Of a stretch of 64,000 nt of DNA, positions 33,841 through 50,076 are shown piece after piece. The notes under the pieces were generated by a model. It searched no databases. It was given only the letters and a program-made list of their open reading frames with translations, and had not been told where the DNA came from. This DNA comes from the human T2T-CHM13v2.0 reference genome, Homo sapiens. Location: NCBI RefSeq assembly GCF_009914755.1, contig NC_060927.1; one strand, given 5' to 3'. Each line of letters begins with the position of its first letter. Position 1 is the first letter of the stretch. Made by a program: the position numbers and the translations under genes.

Positions 33841-34051
33841 CAGTGGTGTGCTGGTAAATGTTTAACAGCCAGCTCTTGTGAGGTAGGAATAGTCCTGTTT
33901 TTGTAGTGTTTTCTTACTTGTATGGTACCAGTACTACCACCATGGCCAATTGCAGGCTACCAGTGTGAAGTCCTGGAATGCCGAATTGAAAAGAGACATT
34001 AACAGTTGGCTCCCAGAAAAGCCTGTATGGGCCAACTCCAGCACAACACTG
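33841..34051 (-). mobile_element. MER63-type hAT DNA transposon
   Basis: Terminal inverted repeats CAGTGGTGTGCTGG ... CCAGCACAACACTG. Confidence 0.7.
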
Positions 34052-35618
34052 CTTATCATAAATGTTTCCCCAAGACCCTGCCAGCTTCCCTCCTACCAGC
34101 TGTGTACCCTTACCAGGATCAGATGTTGTAGTATTGTACACATGTGTTAGGTTGAAAATGGGCCTTAAGTTCTTCTCTCAATGAAATGTGGATTCCACAG
34201 TCGCACTCCATTGCTACAACAGATCACCATCTTTCAGGCCAGTTCTTGTGATTACATTAAAAATAGCTCATAACATTGTCCCATTACCAATCTTTTGGGG
34301 AAGGTTACTTGACTCTTCTACTTCATTCAGAGCAGTTATTGAAGATTGAATGTTTGGGAAATGTTGTGTAATTTCAACAACATTAGCCTTTAATTCTAGG
34401 GCTTTAAAATCTGTGGACAAGAGCAATAGCCAAGGAGCAACAATTTATATGCTGTTAGTTGGGCTCTTTCTTCACTTAGTGATCTCTCCGCATCTTGGCA
34501 GCTGTCTGTGACTTTGAAGTGCATTAGGTATTTCAGTTTTTTCCCCCATACTTTAAAAACGTGTAATCTCCTTTGTGCATTTCCTGTTATATCAAGTGTT
34601 TGAGTTCTAAAGACAGCCATTTGTTAGATTAGCATGTTTTATGGGATCATTGTGGAAAATGTTCTTGCTGAAGACAAGCAAGTTGGCAATTTTGCCCTCT
34701 TTTCTTTCTCACAGTGTACTTTTTCAGCAAATTGCTTGGCAGACTGATCATGACTGAATCATTTCAATGAATTGTATGCTCTCAGCCAAGTAGAAAGGAA
34801 CATTTATTTCATAAAGCTTCTAAACAAAGTTTTTCTTCAGTTACGTTGAGCTTCTTTCTGCTGATTTGTATTACAAAAGGAAGTGATTTGCCCAAGTTCG
34901 CACAATTAATTTGTGGCAAAGCCAGTTCTAAAACCAGAACTCCTAGTCAGTGATTATTTATGAAAAATATTTTTTTAAAAATTCTGTTTAACCGTAGTAT
35001 AAGCTGGCTTACCTAGCATTGTGCCAACTAATCATTCCTCCAATGATTAAGATAGATTCTGAGTTGATTCCTAAAGCACTTAAAGATTTTGGGGTCACTT
35101 TTGAATCATCAAAGAAAGATTAAATGATGTTCAGCTTAGTGTTAAATGGATTTTGTCATTTTCCTATTCGACGCCTGCCTTCTGCACTTATGCCTCATAT
35201 GGGTAGGAAAGTTACCTTAAACCATTTTCAAGCTGACCTGCTTTTATGGGTAAGTGGTAGATTTTCCTCCTTAGCAGATCATTCCTGCTCTCTATAGCCC
35301 ATGTTAGGTCAGGTTGCTCTAAGAAACTTATTCCTAGTCTTTTCTGCTCAAAAAAAGATTTTTTTTTCACTATTCTACCCCATTGCCTTTGTCCTTAGGG
35401 TAAGAAATATGCTTATTCTTTGAAATTAAGCATCCACTTGTAGCATCTAACATAATATTCTAGTTTATATAATTTAGATATCATTTAGTTCCAACTCTAC
35501 ATTTGCACATGATAAAGCCTAGACCCCGAGAATATTTGATAGACTAGAACTTATCCCTTTCTTTTCTTTGCCAGTTAAGAAAAAATAACCTTGAAACTGA
35601 AGACAGCTAACTATGTAC

Positions 35619-35956
35619 AGTCACATGCCACATGATGTTTCAGTCAACAATGGACCACATATACGGCAGTGGTTCCATAAGATTATAATACTGTATTTTT
35701 ACTATACCTTCTATGTGTTTAGATTTGTTCAGATACACAAATACCATTGTGTTACAGTTACCTACAGTATTAAGTATGGTCACATGCTCTCCAGGTTTCT
35801 AGCCTAGGAACAACAAGCTATACCAGGTAGCCCAGGTGTGGTGTAGTAGGCTATACAATCTAGGTTTGTGTAAGAACACTCTGTGATGTTGGTATGACGG
35901 TGAAATTGCCTAACGATGCATTTTTCAGAGTGCATCCCCATCGTTAAGCATGACTG
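35619..35956 (+). mobile_element. Tigger3a/MER7A-type DNA transposon
   Basis: TA|CAGTCACATGCCACATGATGTTTCAGTCAACAATGGACCACATATAC...TTAAGCATGACTG. Confidence 0.8.
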
Positions 35957-36093
35957 TCATGGTGGTGGATTGGACTGAACAAAGAGGTCAATGAAGTTAC
36001 TGCAAGACAGTGTATTTATGTTGCTTTTGTTGTTACTATTTGTTAAGCGCTGGCCTCATTCTCAGTTTCTGTGCTAAGTGCAGTTAAGAATTA

Positions 36094-36397
<304 letters not shown>

Positions 36398-36882
36398 TTT
36401 TATCCTATAGATGAGAAAATTAAGGCATAGAGAAGTTAAGTAAATTGCTAAAGGTTACACAAGAGCAAGTGATCCAGAATGTTTGATTAAGGGCCCAGGT
36501 TTATGAAGTCATTTGCAAATTGTAACTCAGTGTCTCTGTAGGAACGGCATTTTCTAGATTGATACTGCCTAGGTTCTTCCTAAGTAACCCATTTAATAGC
36601 CTTTGTGTGTTTTTTGTTGTTGTTTTTCCTTTGCTGGTTTGAATACCCTTTAGATACTCTGTAAGATTGAGCTTTGATATAGTCTGTGTTGTTTTGTGAC
36701 CTATAGGGTATTTTCTTCTTAAACATTCTCTAAAGTTCTATGATTCTGGAGCCTGAAGAAATCCTTTGAGATGAAAGGTTCAACCCCTTCATCTTGCAGG
36801 AGAGAAAGGAACTTCCCCCAATGTCTTAGGATCAGTTAGCTGCAGAATTAAAACACATACCTGCTTACTGTTAAGCAAGTGA

Positions 36883-37309
<427 letters not shown>

Positions 37310-38109
37310 TAGAGTTGTAAATGCTTTTTATGAATAAAAGCAATGTGAAGTTGAAGCGACGATTGCTAAATAAATGTAGTTGTGTGGCAGACGCTATCTG
37401 TCATGATTGGCAGAGGGGAGCAAAATAAAAAGATGTCCCTGATGGAAGAGTAGCAGGTGGGGTGGCCACATGGACCAGAAGAGCTCAAGGAAGACAACTT
37501 CTTAATTCGGTGGAAGCCCTGGACTGGAAATCTTGTTCTCAGAGTTCTCTCACTTCTCATCCGAAGCCCTCTTTTTTTAAATCTTACTTTCACATTCTCA
37601 CCTAGGAGAATCCCAGGGTTAAAATGCCATGAGACCCTGTAATGTTGAGAAAGGAAAGAAGGAAGGAAAAGGAACTTGCTGAGATGCTGCATCACAGTTT
37701 TGTATGGAAGCTTCAGGTCTGCGTCAGTCAGGCATCACTTTTCCTGCTCTAGCTGCCTCCCAGGATCCCTGCTCAAGATCTTTGCAGAGGGGGAGTCCGT
37801 GTATTGAAGCCTGGAGAAATGTACTAGTCTGTCATCTATTCAATAGATACTTGCTGACTCTCAGGCACTGTGCTTAGGTAACTAGAGATGGAAAGATGAA
37901 TACAGTGCTCTTGCCTTCACAGAGAGTTATAAACCAGCAAGACATCAAATATAACATGCATCCTGTGTTTTCTTTATTCTAAAATGCTTGTTTCTCCATA
38001 TTTTAATTTTTCTACAGTCAGGAATTTCTTACAATTGTGTATATTTATGCAGTGAACCCTCTTTTAAGCAAATATTTTCTTCTTTTGACTGTAGACAGCT
38101 AGTGCTAAG

Positions 38110-38870
38110 ATGATAGTGTACATAAGAATCACATGCGGTATTCACTGGACATGCAGGTATTGGTGGTACCTAGAGAGGTCTGGGATCAGATTGAGTGTAT
38201 GTATGTGTGTGGATAGGGTGTTGTGCAAGTTCATCAAGCTTCTAGGCAATTCTGATGCAGGTGGTCTCTGCTGGACCATACTTTGAGAAATTGCTGCAGA
38301 CAATCAAGAAGTTTGTAACTTGCACATTAGAATCACCTGAGGATCTTTTAAAATAACCAGTACTCAAGCCAGACTCCAGATCGATTAAACCAGAACCTCT
38401 GGAGGTGGGACCCAGGCAGCAGTATTTTTGATAGCTCCCCAGGTGATACCCAAGCATCTTCAAGTTTGAGATCCACGGCCATTAGAAGGTTGAGGAGGAG
38501 CAGTGCTTCTGAAACTTCCATGGGTGTATGAATCACCTGGGTTCTTATTAAAATGCAAACTCTGATTCAGCAGGTCTGGGGAGGAGGCCGGGGATTCTGC
38601 ATTTCTGAAGGCTCCCAGGGAAGGCTGATGGATGCATGCTGCTGGGGCATGGACCACATTTTGAGGAGTATGGGAAGATGTAGGGCCAATCCAGAGTTTT
38701 CAAGATAATGACAGTTCAGAGATGTTTTCTTTGGTCTGTAAGAGCACCCTCTCTAATACACCCCAAATTCAAGTCCATGGAGTGGACCAGCTGCATCAGA
38801 ATTATTCAGGAGCCTGGTACAGATAAAGATACAGATTGCTGGGCTCACCACTGGAGATTGTGAGTCTATC
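38110..38870. mobile_element. Cluster of 3-4 MER5-family (hAT-Charlie) elements
   Basis: Repeated MER5 motifs AGAATCACCTG, GATTCTGCATTTCT, CTCCCCAGGTGAT, GGACCACATTTTGAG. Confidence 0.7.
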
Positions 38871-39516
38871 ACCAATAATGATATTAGTAGCTCTATGTAT
38901 GTGCTGGACTTTTCATGTTTAGTATCAGCTCATTTAATCCTCACTACAGCTCTATGAAATAAGTAATATATTATTTCCTCCATGATTAAACTGTGGCTTG
39001 GAGGGTTGAGTACTTTTCCCTAGGCCTCATTTAGTAAGAGACTACTCAGCGTAGTAAGCTCTGTTTTTAAAAGTGCCCTAGATGCTGAAACCTTATCTCT
39101 GTGGGAAAGGAAATCTCAAATAAAAATATTTCCTGAAAGGATGACCATATCTATGAACCTGTTTGTATTAAATTAAATACGAATCTGTCTATTTGCGTTT
39201 AAGAAACGAACATGCATTTAGAAAAAAAATGCTTCAATTTTAGGAATAAGAAAATTTTATATAACGGAAAAGGTAGCAAATATTTTAAAGAGTGTCTTTG
39301 AAATAATACAGTAAATATCTGATAAGACCATAGTAAAATTCATTTTCAGAGATTGAGCAGATGAAGACTACTTAATTGTCCTTCAAAAGGAAATAGAAAA
39401 AATTTGGTACATCAATACAATGGAATGCCATTCAGCCATTACTCACAATGGTTATAGAACATTTACTAGCATAGAAGACAGTTCACAATACAATAAGAGA
39501 TATGAAACAATATTTA

Positions 39517-39832
39517 GGCCAGGCGCAGTGGCTCATGCCTGTAATCCCAGAACTTTGGGAGGATGAGGCCAGTGGATTGCTTGAGGTCAGGCGTTCGAGA
39601 CCAACCTGGCCAACATGGCGTAACCCCGTCTCTACTGAAAAAATACAAAAAATTAGCAGGGCGTGGTAACACATGCCTGTCTGTAGTCCCAGGAACTAGA
39701 GAGGCTGAGGCACTAGAATTGCTTGAATCCTATGAGGTGGAGGTTGCAGTGAGCCGAGATCGTGCCGCTGCACTCCAGCCTGGGTAATAACGGTAATAAC
39801 GTGAGACTCTGTCTCAAAACAACAACAACAAA
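39517..39832 (+). mobile_element. AluS
   Basis: Full dimer with (AAC)n tail. Confidence 0.9.
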
Positions 39833-40349
39833 GACAGTATTTATAGCATGATCCCATGTTTGTTTCAAAGTCCTAGTAATTAAAATATATTTATGCAAAG
39901 AATAAGTTCATGGGCAGTTATACACCAAGATGTTAATAGTTCTCTCAGGATGGTGGGGTTATGGGTATTCTTCTGAATATTGGTTAAGCTCCTACTTTGT
40001 GGCTGATACTATACCAAGCATTGTGGGAAATAAAAGGGAGTGTTTAGGGTGATTCCATCCTTACAGAACTAACTGGATCTAGATTTAACAAAAATTTATC
40101 AGCCGTGTTTTCATTTAACCCATGCTATGCTTATGAAGGAAACCTATGGGTCAATTTATGGTTCTCTGCCAGCAATTTCCCTCCCTCACCCCTACTCACT
40201 CTACATCCTTCCTTTCTTTCTTCCACCCATTTATCCATCCATCTACTTTTTTATCATACAAAAAACATTCACCGAGTGTCTGCTCTGTATTTATGAAGGA
40301 GAGATGAAAAAGATACTTTCTGCTCTCCATATGCTCTTTGTCTTCCTTT

Positions 40350-41385
40350 TATTAAAATAAACTTTTTATTTTGGGATAATTTTAGATTTACAGAAGATAG
40401 TGGCAAAGACAGTACAGAGAATTCCCATGTACCTTCACCCAGTTTCAGTTTTTTCTAATGTTGTCACATTATATCACCACGGTTCATTTGTCAAAACTAA
40501 GAAGCCAGAATTCTTACATTACTATTAACTCAGCTCTAGACATTTCCGATTTCACCAGTTTTTTCCTGCAATACTCTCTGTTCAGGATCCAGTCCAGGAT
40601 ACTACATTGCAATTCGTTGTCATGTCTCCTCCTTAGTTTCCTCTGATCTGTAATTGCTTCTCAGGCTTTCTTTGATTTTTTTTGATGACCTTGACATTTT
40701 TGAGGAGTACTGATTAGTTATTTTTATAGAATGTCCCTTAATTTGCATTTGTCTGATGTTTTCTTGTGATTAGACTGGGGTTATGGGTTTTTGGAAAAAA
40801 TACCACTGAGTGAAGTACCCTTATCACCTGATATCCACATGACATCCTTGGTAATGTTAAATTGATTGCTTGGTTAAGGTAATATTTGCCAGGTTTCTCC
40901 ACTGTAAAGTTACTATTTTTTCTTTGGAAGTAAATCACTAATTCCAGCTACCTTTAAGGAGGGGAAGGGTTAAATTTTGCTTCTGAAGAGGGCAGTATTT
41001 GCTTATATAGTTTGGAAATTTTCTTTAAGGAAGACTTGTCCCTTCACATTTATTCCATTCTTTATTTATATCAGTGTGGACTCGTAGATACTTATTTTAT
41101 ACTTTGGGTTATAATTCAACATCATATTATTTATATTGTTGCACAAATTGTTCCAGCCTTGGCTATTGATAACTCTTACAGTTGGTGCCTGTATCACCTT
41201 GGCATGCCCCAATTCATTTGTTTTTTGAGTACCTCCTTCTTTCCTGATATTATAAGATGCTCCAAGCTTCTCTTGTATTTTCCCTGCCTGAGCCCTAGAA
41301 TTAACCATGTGTCCAAGGAGCCCCGATTTATTTTCTTGGAGAATGGTATTTAGAAGTCAGTATCTGGGTGCTGGGTGCTCATTGT
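40350..41385 (-). mobile_element. L1MC-type fragment
   Basis: TTTTAGATTTACAGAA...CAAAGACAGTACAGAGAATTCCCATGTACC...AATTGTTCCAGCCTTGGCTATTG...GAGAATGGTATTTAGAA. Confidence 0.75.
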
Positions 41386-42015
41386 CTTCGAAAGGAAGGA
41401 GACAGAAAATGAAAAATGTTATATACAAGGTTCAAAGAGCTGTGAAAGCAGCAAGGACAGGCCAACTACTTCTGCCAGCAGAAGTCTTCACTGAAGAAAC
41501 GGTATTTTAAATTGAGTAGAGTTTTCCAGATGAAGATCGGGATTGGAGTGGGATGGGAAAGGGGAGGGAGGAAATATATGTTAGCAAAATCAAGAGTAAC
41601 TGGCTGTTTAACTTGATCTGACTGTACACTTACATTGGTAGTGGCCCTTCTTTGATTTTCTCATTGCATAAAAATGAGCAATTTTCACAGATTATATTTC
41701 TTTGTTTACAAGAGGATTTTCTCTACAAACTCTCTTGACTGTCCTCCTTCATTCCCCATCTTCCTTCCAGTCTTTTTTCCTTCTACGTGTATTTAGCTCC
41801 TACTTTCTGCCAGGCACAATGCAAGGCACAGGGGGTGCAGACAAGAATTTGATAGCCCCTGCTATCAAGAAGTTCTGTAGTGCAGTGTGAGATCCTGTGG
41901 CTTTCTTCTCCTCCCCTTAGCCCTTTACCAGATGTTTAATTTTTAAGGCTTTGCAGAAAGCATAAAAAAGCAAAGAGGAAGTATGAGCAATGTCTGTATT
42001 GTGAAGCTGACATGA

Positions 42016-42231
<216 letters not shown>

Positions 42232-42519
42232 TAAATGCATTATTTTTTCATTTTGGGCATGGAAACCAGGTAATCAATAAATCAGTCATAACCCAATTTC
42301 CATACTAGTGAACCTTAAGCAGGTCTGTTAGGGACCTGCATACTCTGATCATTCTGTGCTAAAGATGTTTTAGTGTATGGTAGAGTTGGTAGCCAGAGGT
42401 CCTGACACAAATTCTGTAGCCCTCCCTTCTAGCTGTCTGGGTTTCTTTCAGATAGGATTTTCCTACTGCTGTCATTCTCCATTTTTCTTAACCCTAAAAT
42501 AATTAAAACAGAGGATATC

Positions 42520-43180
42520 TTAAAAGCCAATATACATTTGAAAAGATGCCCAACATCATGTCATTAAGGAAATAAAAATTAAAACCATAATGAGATGCTA
42601 CTACATATCCACCAAAAGTATTTAATAAAAATGTCTGTACCAAGTGTTGTCGAAGATGTGGAGCAAATACTGCTGGAAAAATGTTGGGCAGTATCTACCA
42701 AAATTAAAAATATCTATGGCTCAGCAATGTTACTCTCAAGTATATTACTCACTGAAATACCTACATAGATAGAAGCAAAACACATATACAAGAATGTTTA
42801 CAGAAGCATTATTCTCAATAACCAAAAGCTGGGAATAGTTCACACGTTCTTCAATAATGAAATGAATAATAAGTTTAAGTATATCCCTTATGATGAAATG
42901 TCATATAACAATGAATCTGAGTGAACTATTAATACAGAAATCAGCATGGCTGAATTTTAAAAACATAATATTAAGTGAAATAAGTTGGACCTAAAATAAT
43001 ACATACTCCATGATTCCATTTATGTAAAGTTAAAATAGGCAAAACCAATGTATGGACTTAGAGTAGTTGTTACTTTTGAAGGCAGTGGTTAATGACTGAG
43101 AGAAGGCATAAGACAGCCTTCTTTATACTTGGGATTTGTGTAATGTGTCTGCTTTACTTAAATAAAAATGTTTATTTAAA
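42520..43180 (+). mobile_element. Old L1M (L1ME-like) fragment
   Basis: GCCAATATACATTTGAAAAGATGCCCAACATCA...GATGTGGAGCAA...ATGATTCCATTTATGTAAAG. Confidence 0.7.
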
Positions 43181-43664
43181 AATATGAAGATAGATAAATT
43201 ATAGATTGTTCTCTGAGGGAGACAATCCACAATTATCCAGGTGGTAAGTCTACACAGTGCAAATGGGCTTCCTAACTACTGACTGAGGTACTGCTGCTTA
43301 ATATGGAAGTTCAGATGGGGAGAGCAGAGGGAACCAAAAGAACCCACGTCCTAGAGGATTTTTTCTAAATGTCTTGTGAGCATTTTTTCCGCATTTAAAA
43401 GATTTACTTGTCGGAATTATTTATGTGCAATATGATTGTAGAAAGAAATCACCTAGAAAGAAATCACAGCCAATTCATTTTTCAGCCTCTAAACACTTGG
43501 ACAGAGGAGCCATATATGAATATGTTCAAAAGAGTTAAGGCCATCTCCTGTGGGTATCAGAGAGGCATAATTAGAATGCATTGAATTCTCTCCAACTGGT
43601 TTGCTGAAGCTCTTATGTGAGCTTTTTCTTTTCCTTCCTTTAAAAAAAAATAATAAATAAATAA

Positions 43665-44129
<465 letters not shown>

Positions 44130-44329
44130 TGAAGTATTAATGCACTTAAATATTTATTTGTTATATACTTAAAGTTGTATGTGATCCTGTTCTCCATATA
44201 GTAAACCAGTCAGGAAAAATGCCATTTCTCCTTCCACATTTAATATCTTCATTTGATCCTTATGTGACAGTTATCAGCTTTTACCCCCATTTTATAAATT
44301 GAGAAACTTAGACTGAGAGACATTTTATC

Positions 44330-44392
44330 TATAGAGAGATATATGTGTGTGTGTGTGTGTATATATATACACATATATATATTTACATATGT
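44330..44392. repeat. (TG)n(TA)n compound microsatellite
   Basis: ATATGTGTGTGTGTGTGTGTATATATATACACATATATAT. Confidence 0.85.
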
Positions 44393-44461
44393 CACAGAGA
44401 TTGAATACATATTCAAGTTTGAGTAAAATAAGGATATAATGCCCAGCTCCGGATATATTTC

Positions 44462-45256
<795 letters not shown>

Positions 45257-45388
45257 TCATATATATTATTTAGCTTGTTCCTTATATCATCCTCATGGTT
45301 CCAAGGCACATTTCTTTCCTTATGCCATAGATATGCCTTAAAATGTGTGTGTGTGTGATGGGGGAGGTGGTGTCAAAATCTCTTCCAA

Positions 45389-45682
45389 GGCCAGGCGCCG
45401 TGGGTTATGCCTGTAATCCCAGCACTTTGGGAGGCCGAGGCGGGTGGATCACCTGAGGTCAGGAGTTCGAGATTGGCCTGGCCGAGATGGCGAAACCCCG
45501 TCTCTACTAAAAATACAAAAATGAGCTAGGTGTGGTGGCGGGCGTCTGTAATCCCAGCTCTCAGGAGGCTGAGGCAGAAGAATCGCTTGAACCTGGGAGG
45601 TGGAGGTGTAGTGAGCCGACTGCACTGCTGCACTCCAGCCTGGGTGACAGAGCAAGACTCTGTCTCAAAAAAAAAAAAAAAA
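45389..45682 (+). mobile_element. AluS
   Basis: AAAATCTCTTC on both flanks. Confidence 0.9.
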
Positions 45683-45992
45683 TCTCTTCTGAGATATCTT
45701 TTCTAGAGTGCTACAGTCAGAAGGATTCAGGATTGGCCCACATGACATTTTTTCAGCGATTCTATGCTCTAACACAGATGTCTTTACACAATTCGCTGAA
45801 AGATTGACAGAGTACTTCTGCTTGATCAAAGGACGATGCTGCTTTTCAGTTTAGAGCCTTTGCCTTTCTGCTGTTTTTAGATATTTGCATTGGATGTAGC
45901 ACCCTCTCCTGGCAAATTCTAAAATAGCTCCTGTGTAATGTTAACTTACATGCTATACCTTTGTTTTATTAAACCACACTTAAAGATAGTCG

Positions 45993-46191
45993 CAGGGGTG
46001 TCCAATCTTTTGGCTTCCTTGGGCCACACTGGAAGAAGAATTGTCTTGGACCACACATAAAATACACTAACACTAATGATAGCTGATGAGCTAAAAAACA
46101 AATGCAAAAAAACTCAATGTTTTAAGAAAGTTTATGAATTTGTGTTGGGCCACACTCAAAGCTGTCCTGGGCCATGGGTTGGACAAGCGTG
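45993..46191 (+). mobile_element. MER30 hAT-Charlie element
   Basis: CAGGGGTGTCCAATCTTTTGGCTTCC...GGGTTGGACAAGC. Confidence 0.85.
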
Positions 46192-46379
46192 GTCTTAGGG
46201 AATGAGGTGAGAGTTAGCTAAAAAGTAATGTGGGTCTGGTCTGTGTGTCTGACAAGCTGCCAGGCACCTTCCATGGGGTAATCACTTAATTCTGCCAACC
46301 ACTCTGCAGAGAGGCAGTTTTCTTTCCACTTTTATGACAAAGTCACTGAGTTATTCTTACATCCTACTCTCTATGATAA

Positions 46380-47037
<658 letters not shown>

Positions 47038-47368
47038 GATGCTGACATTTAAACTCAGGAACCACACCGTACATTTCCATTTGAAAAAGGTTTTCTGTCG
47101 TCCACTAATGCCTTTAACACATCTTCTTAATGCCTGATATTAAATGTATATTATTTAGCTTAGGAAAGGCAAATGAATTTCCTGTTTTTCATGTAAATTA
47201 ATATGTTCCCTCTTAGCTGTAAATAAAACTTTATGGTAAATACAACTTCATAAAGAATTTTTCTATATCATAATGTAAACTGAAAATATAAGTATGGTTA
47301 TACTTTTCAATACTTCTAAGACATCCCATAGTTGCCATGGTAATGGTATAAGGAGTATTATTTTAAAT

Positions 47369-47678
47369 TATTTTATTTTATTTTATTTTTTGAGACAGGG
47401 TCTTGACCTGTCACCCAGGCTGGAGTGAGTGCAGTGGCAAAATCATAGCTCACTGCAGCCTTGACCTCCCAGGCTCAAACCATCCCCCCAGCTTAGCTTC
47501 CCGAGTATCTGGGACTACAGGCATGTGCCACCACACCCAACTAATTTTTGTATTTTTTGCAGAGACAGGGTTTCACTATGTTGCCCAGGCTGGTCTTGAA
47601 CTCCTGGGCTCAAGCAATCCTCTAGCCTCAGCCACCCAAAGTGCTGGGACTACAGGTGTGAGCTACCTTGCGCAGTCG
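47369..47678 (-). mobile_element. AluJ
   Basis: TSD AGGAGTATTATTTTAAAT 47351-47368 and 47679-47696. Confidence 0.9.
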
Positions 47679-47877
47679 AGGAGTATTATTTTAAATATCC
47701 TATGTCTTCTTTTGCTTCCTCATGGTGTGTTGTGTTACAGCTCTGGCACCTGGTGGAGGAAGATGGCAGACACTGCTGCGGGTAGAGATCCCATCTTAAC
47801 TCTGTTTTTTCTTGTGCTGCTCCTGCTTGCCCACTATGGGAGACAGCACCTAATTTTTTCCTAAAAAATATTTTCTT

Positions 47878-48174
47878 GGCCAGGTGTGGTTGCTCATGCC
47901 TGTAATCCCAGCATTTTGGGAGGCCAAGGCAGGCGGATCATGAGGTCAGGAGATTGAGACCATCCTGGCCAACATGGTGAAACCCCGTCTCTACTAAAAA
48001 TACAAAAATTAGCTGGGCATGGTGGTGCGCACCTGTAGTCGCAGCTACTCAGGAGGCTGAGGCAGGAGAATCGCTTGAACCCGGGAGGCGGAGGTTGCAG
48101 TGAGCCAAGATAAGTGCCACTGCACTCCAGCCTGGCGAGACAGCAAGACTCTGTCTGTCTCTCTGTCTTTCTAG

Positions 48175-48208
<34 letters not shown>
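47878..48208 (+). mobile_element. AluSc-like element followed by (CT)n(AT)n microsatellite
   Basis: GGATCATGAGGTCAGGAGATTGAGACCATCC; tail CTCTCT...ATATAT. Confidence 0.88.
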
Positions 48209-48209
<1 letters not shown>

Positions 48210-48674
48210 ATTTAATTTGGTGTATGTCTTATAGGTATAGATTATATGGATGCAGGTATGGTAAATTACATACTATTGCCATATGTGTTATTTTTTTCAT
48301 TATTAAGTTTAAAGGGCATCTAATTTTCTTAGAAATGGCTATAGCCTTTATTATTATTATTATTTTTTGAGAGATGAGGTCTTCTTATGTTGCCCAGGCT
48401 GGCCTTGAACTCCTGGGCTAAATCCTTCCTCCTGCAATCTTTCCTCCTGCCTTAGCCTCCCAAGTAGCTGGGACTACAGACATGAGCCCAGCATCTGTAA
48501 CCTTTTGAGTATAGAGAACTTTTAATTTGAAATTATGTCTTATTTTTGTCTAATAATTTCTTACCTGTATCAAGAGAAAACCTAGGCTGGAGTTATGGAT
48601 TACAATACTAGGCTGTGATTCTGTAGTTCTTGTCAAGTTCCTTGCTATGTATCAAAGACACATTAAAAAAAAAA

Positions 48675-49100
48675 CTTTTATTTTCGGTTCAGGGGTATAT
48701 GTGGTTTGTTATATAAGTAAACTTGTTTCCCAGGGGTTTGTTGTACAGATTATTTGATCACCCAGGTACTAATACCTAGTACCTAGTATTTTTTCTGATC
48801 CTCTCCCTCCTCCCACCCTTCACCCTCAAGTAGGCCCCAGTGTCTGCTGTTCCCCTTTGTGTCCATGAGTTCTCATCATTTAGCTCCTACTTATAACTGA
48901 GAACATGTAGTATTTGGTTTTCTGTTCCTGCACTAGTTTGCTAAGGATAATGGCCTCCAGCTCCATCCATGTTCCTGCAAAAGACATGATCTCGTTCTTT
49001 TTTTATGGCTGCATAGTATTTCATGGTGTGTGTGTACCACATTTTCTTTATCCAGTCTGTCATTGATGGGCATTTAAGCAGATTCCATGTCTTTGATGTT
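48675..49100 (-). mobile_element. Older L1PA 3' end fragment
   Basis: TTCAGGGGTATATGTG...CATTTAGCTCCTACTTATAACTGAGAACATG...GGCTGCATAGTATT, an L1PA 3'UTR signature. Confidence 0.85.
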
Positions 49101-49718
49101 AAGAGACACATTTTTAATTGAATCTAAGAGTAGTAATAAAATCAAACAAAATATCAATTAATGGCAGGTGGGAACTCTTTTTTTTCCCTACAGAAAAACA
49201 ATTTGAAGTCTTAACCTCTTTATGAAACTCAAATCTGACTGGGTATGGTGGCTCATGCCTGTAATCCTAGCTGCTCCGAAGGCTGAAGCTGGAGGATCAC
49301 TTGAGCCCAGGAGTTCAAGACCAGCTTCAGCAACATAGCAAGACCCTGTCTCAAACAAGAAAACTCTATTATTTCAGTTTTAATTTTTCATGGCATTAAA
49401 AAATACCACATCAGAGTGCCCGATTTAAAAGGGGGAAGGACGTTTGTTTTCTGGCTTCTTGCTGTGAATGATACCCTCAGCCAAACTGGGGCCCAACTAG
49501 CTTTCAAGGATAATTGGTCCTATGGTTTCTCATTGACCGTCCTATCCCAGAAACAAAAGATCGTGTAAAGGAAATCAGTACCTTCTAGGTCCCGTAATTA
49601 TATTGGGCAATACTATTTTTTTAAATGTCAACAGCTGAAAAGTTTCCCAAGGAAAGGAAAATTGTGATCTTGATAGAAATTCAAAAGTAGGAGAATGGAC
49701 AAAGAAAACCAGTGTACA

Positions 49719-50076
<358 letters not shown>

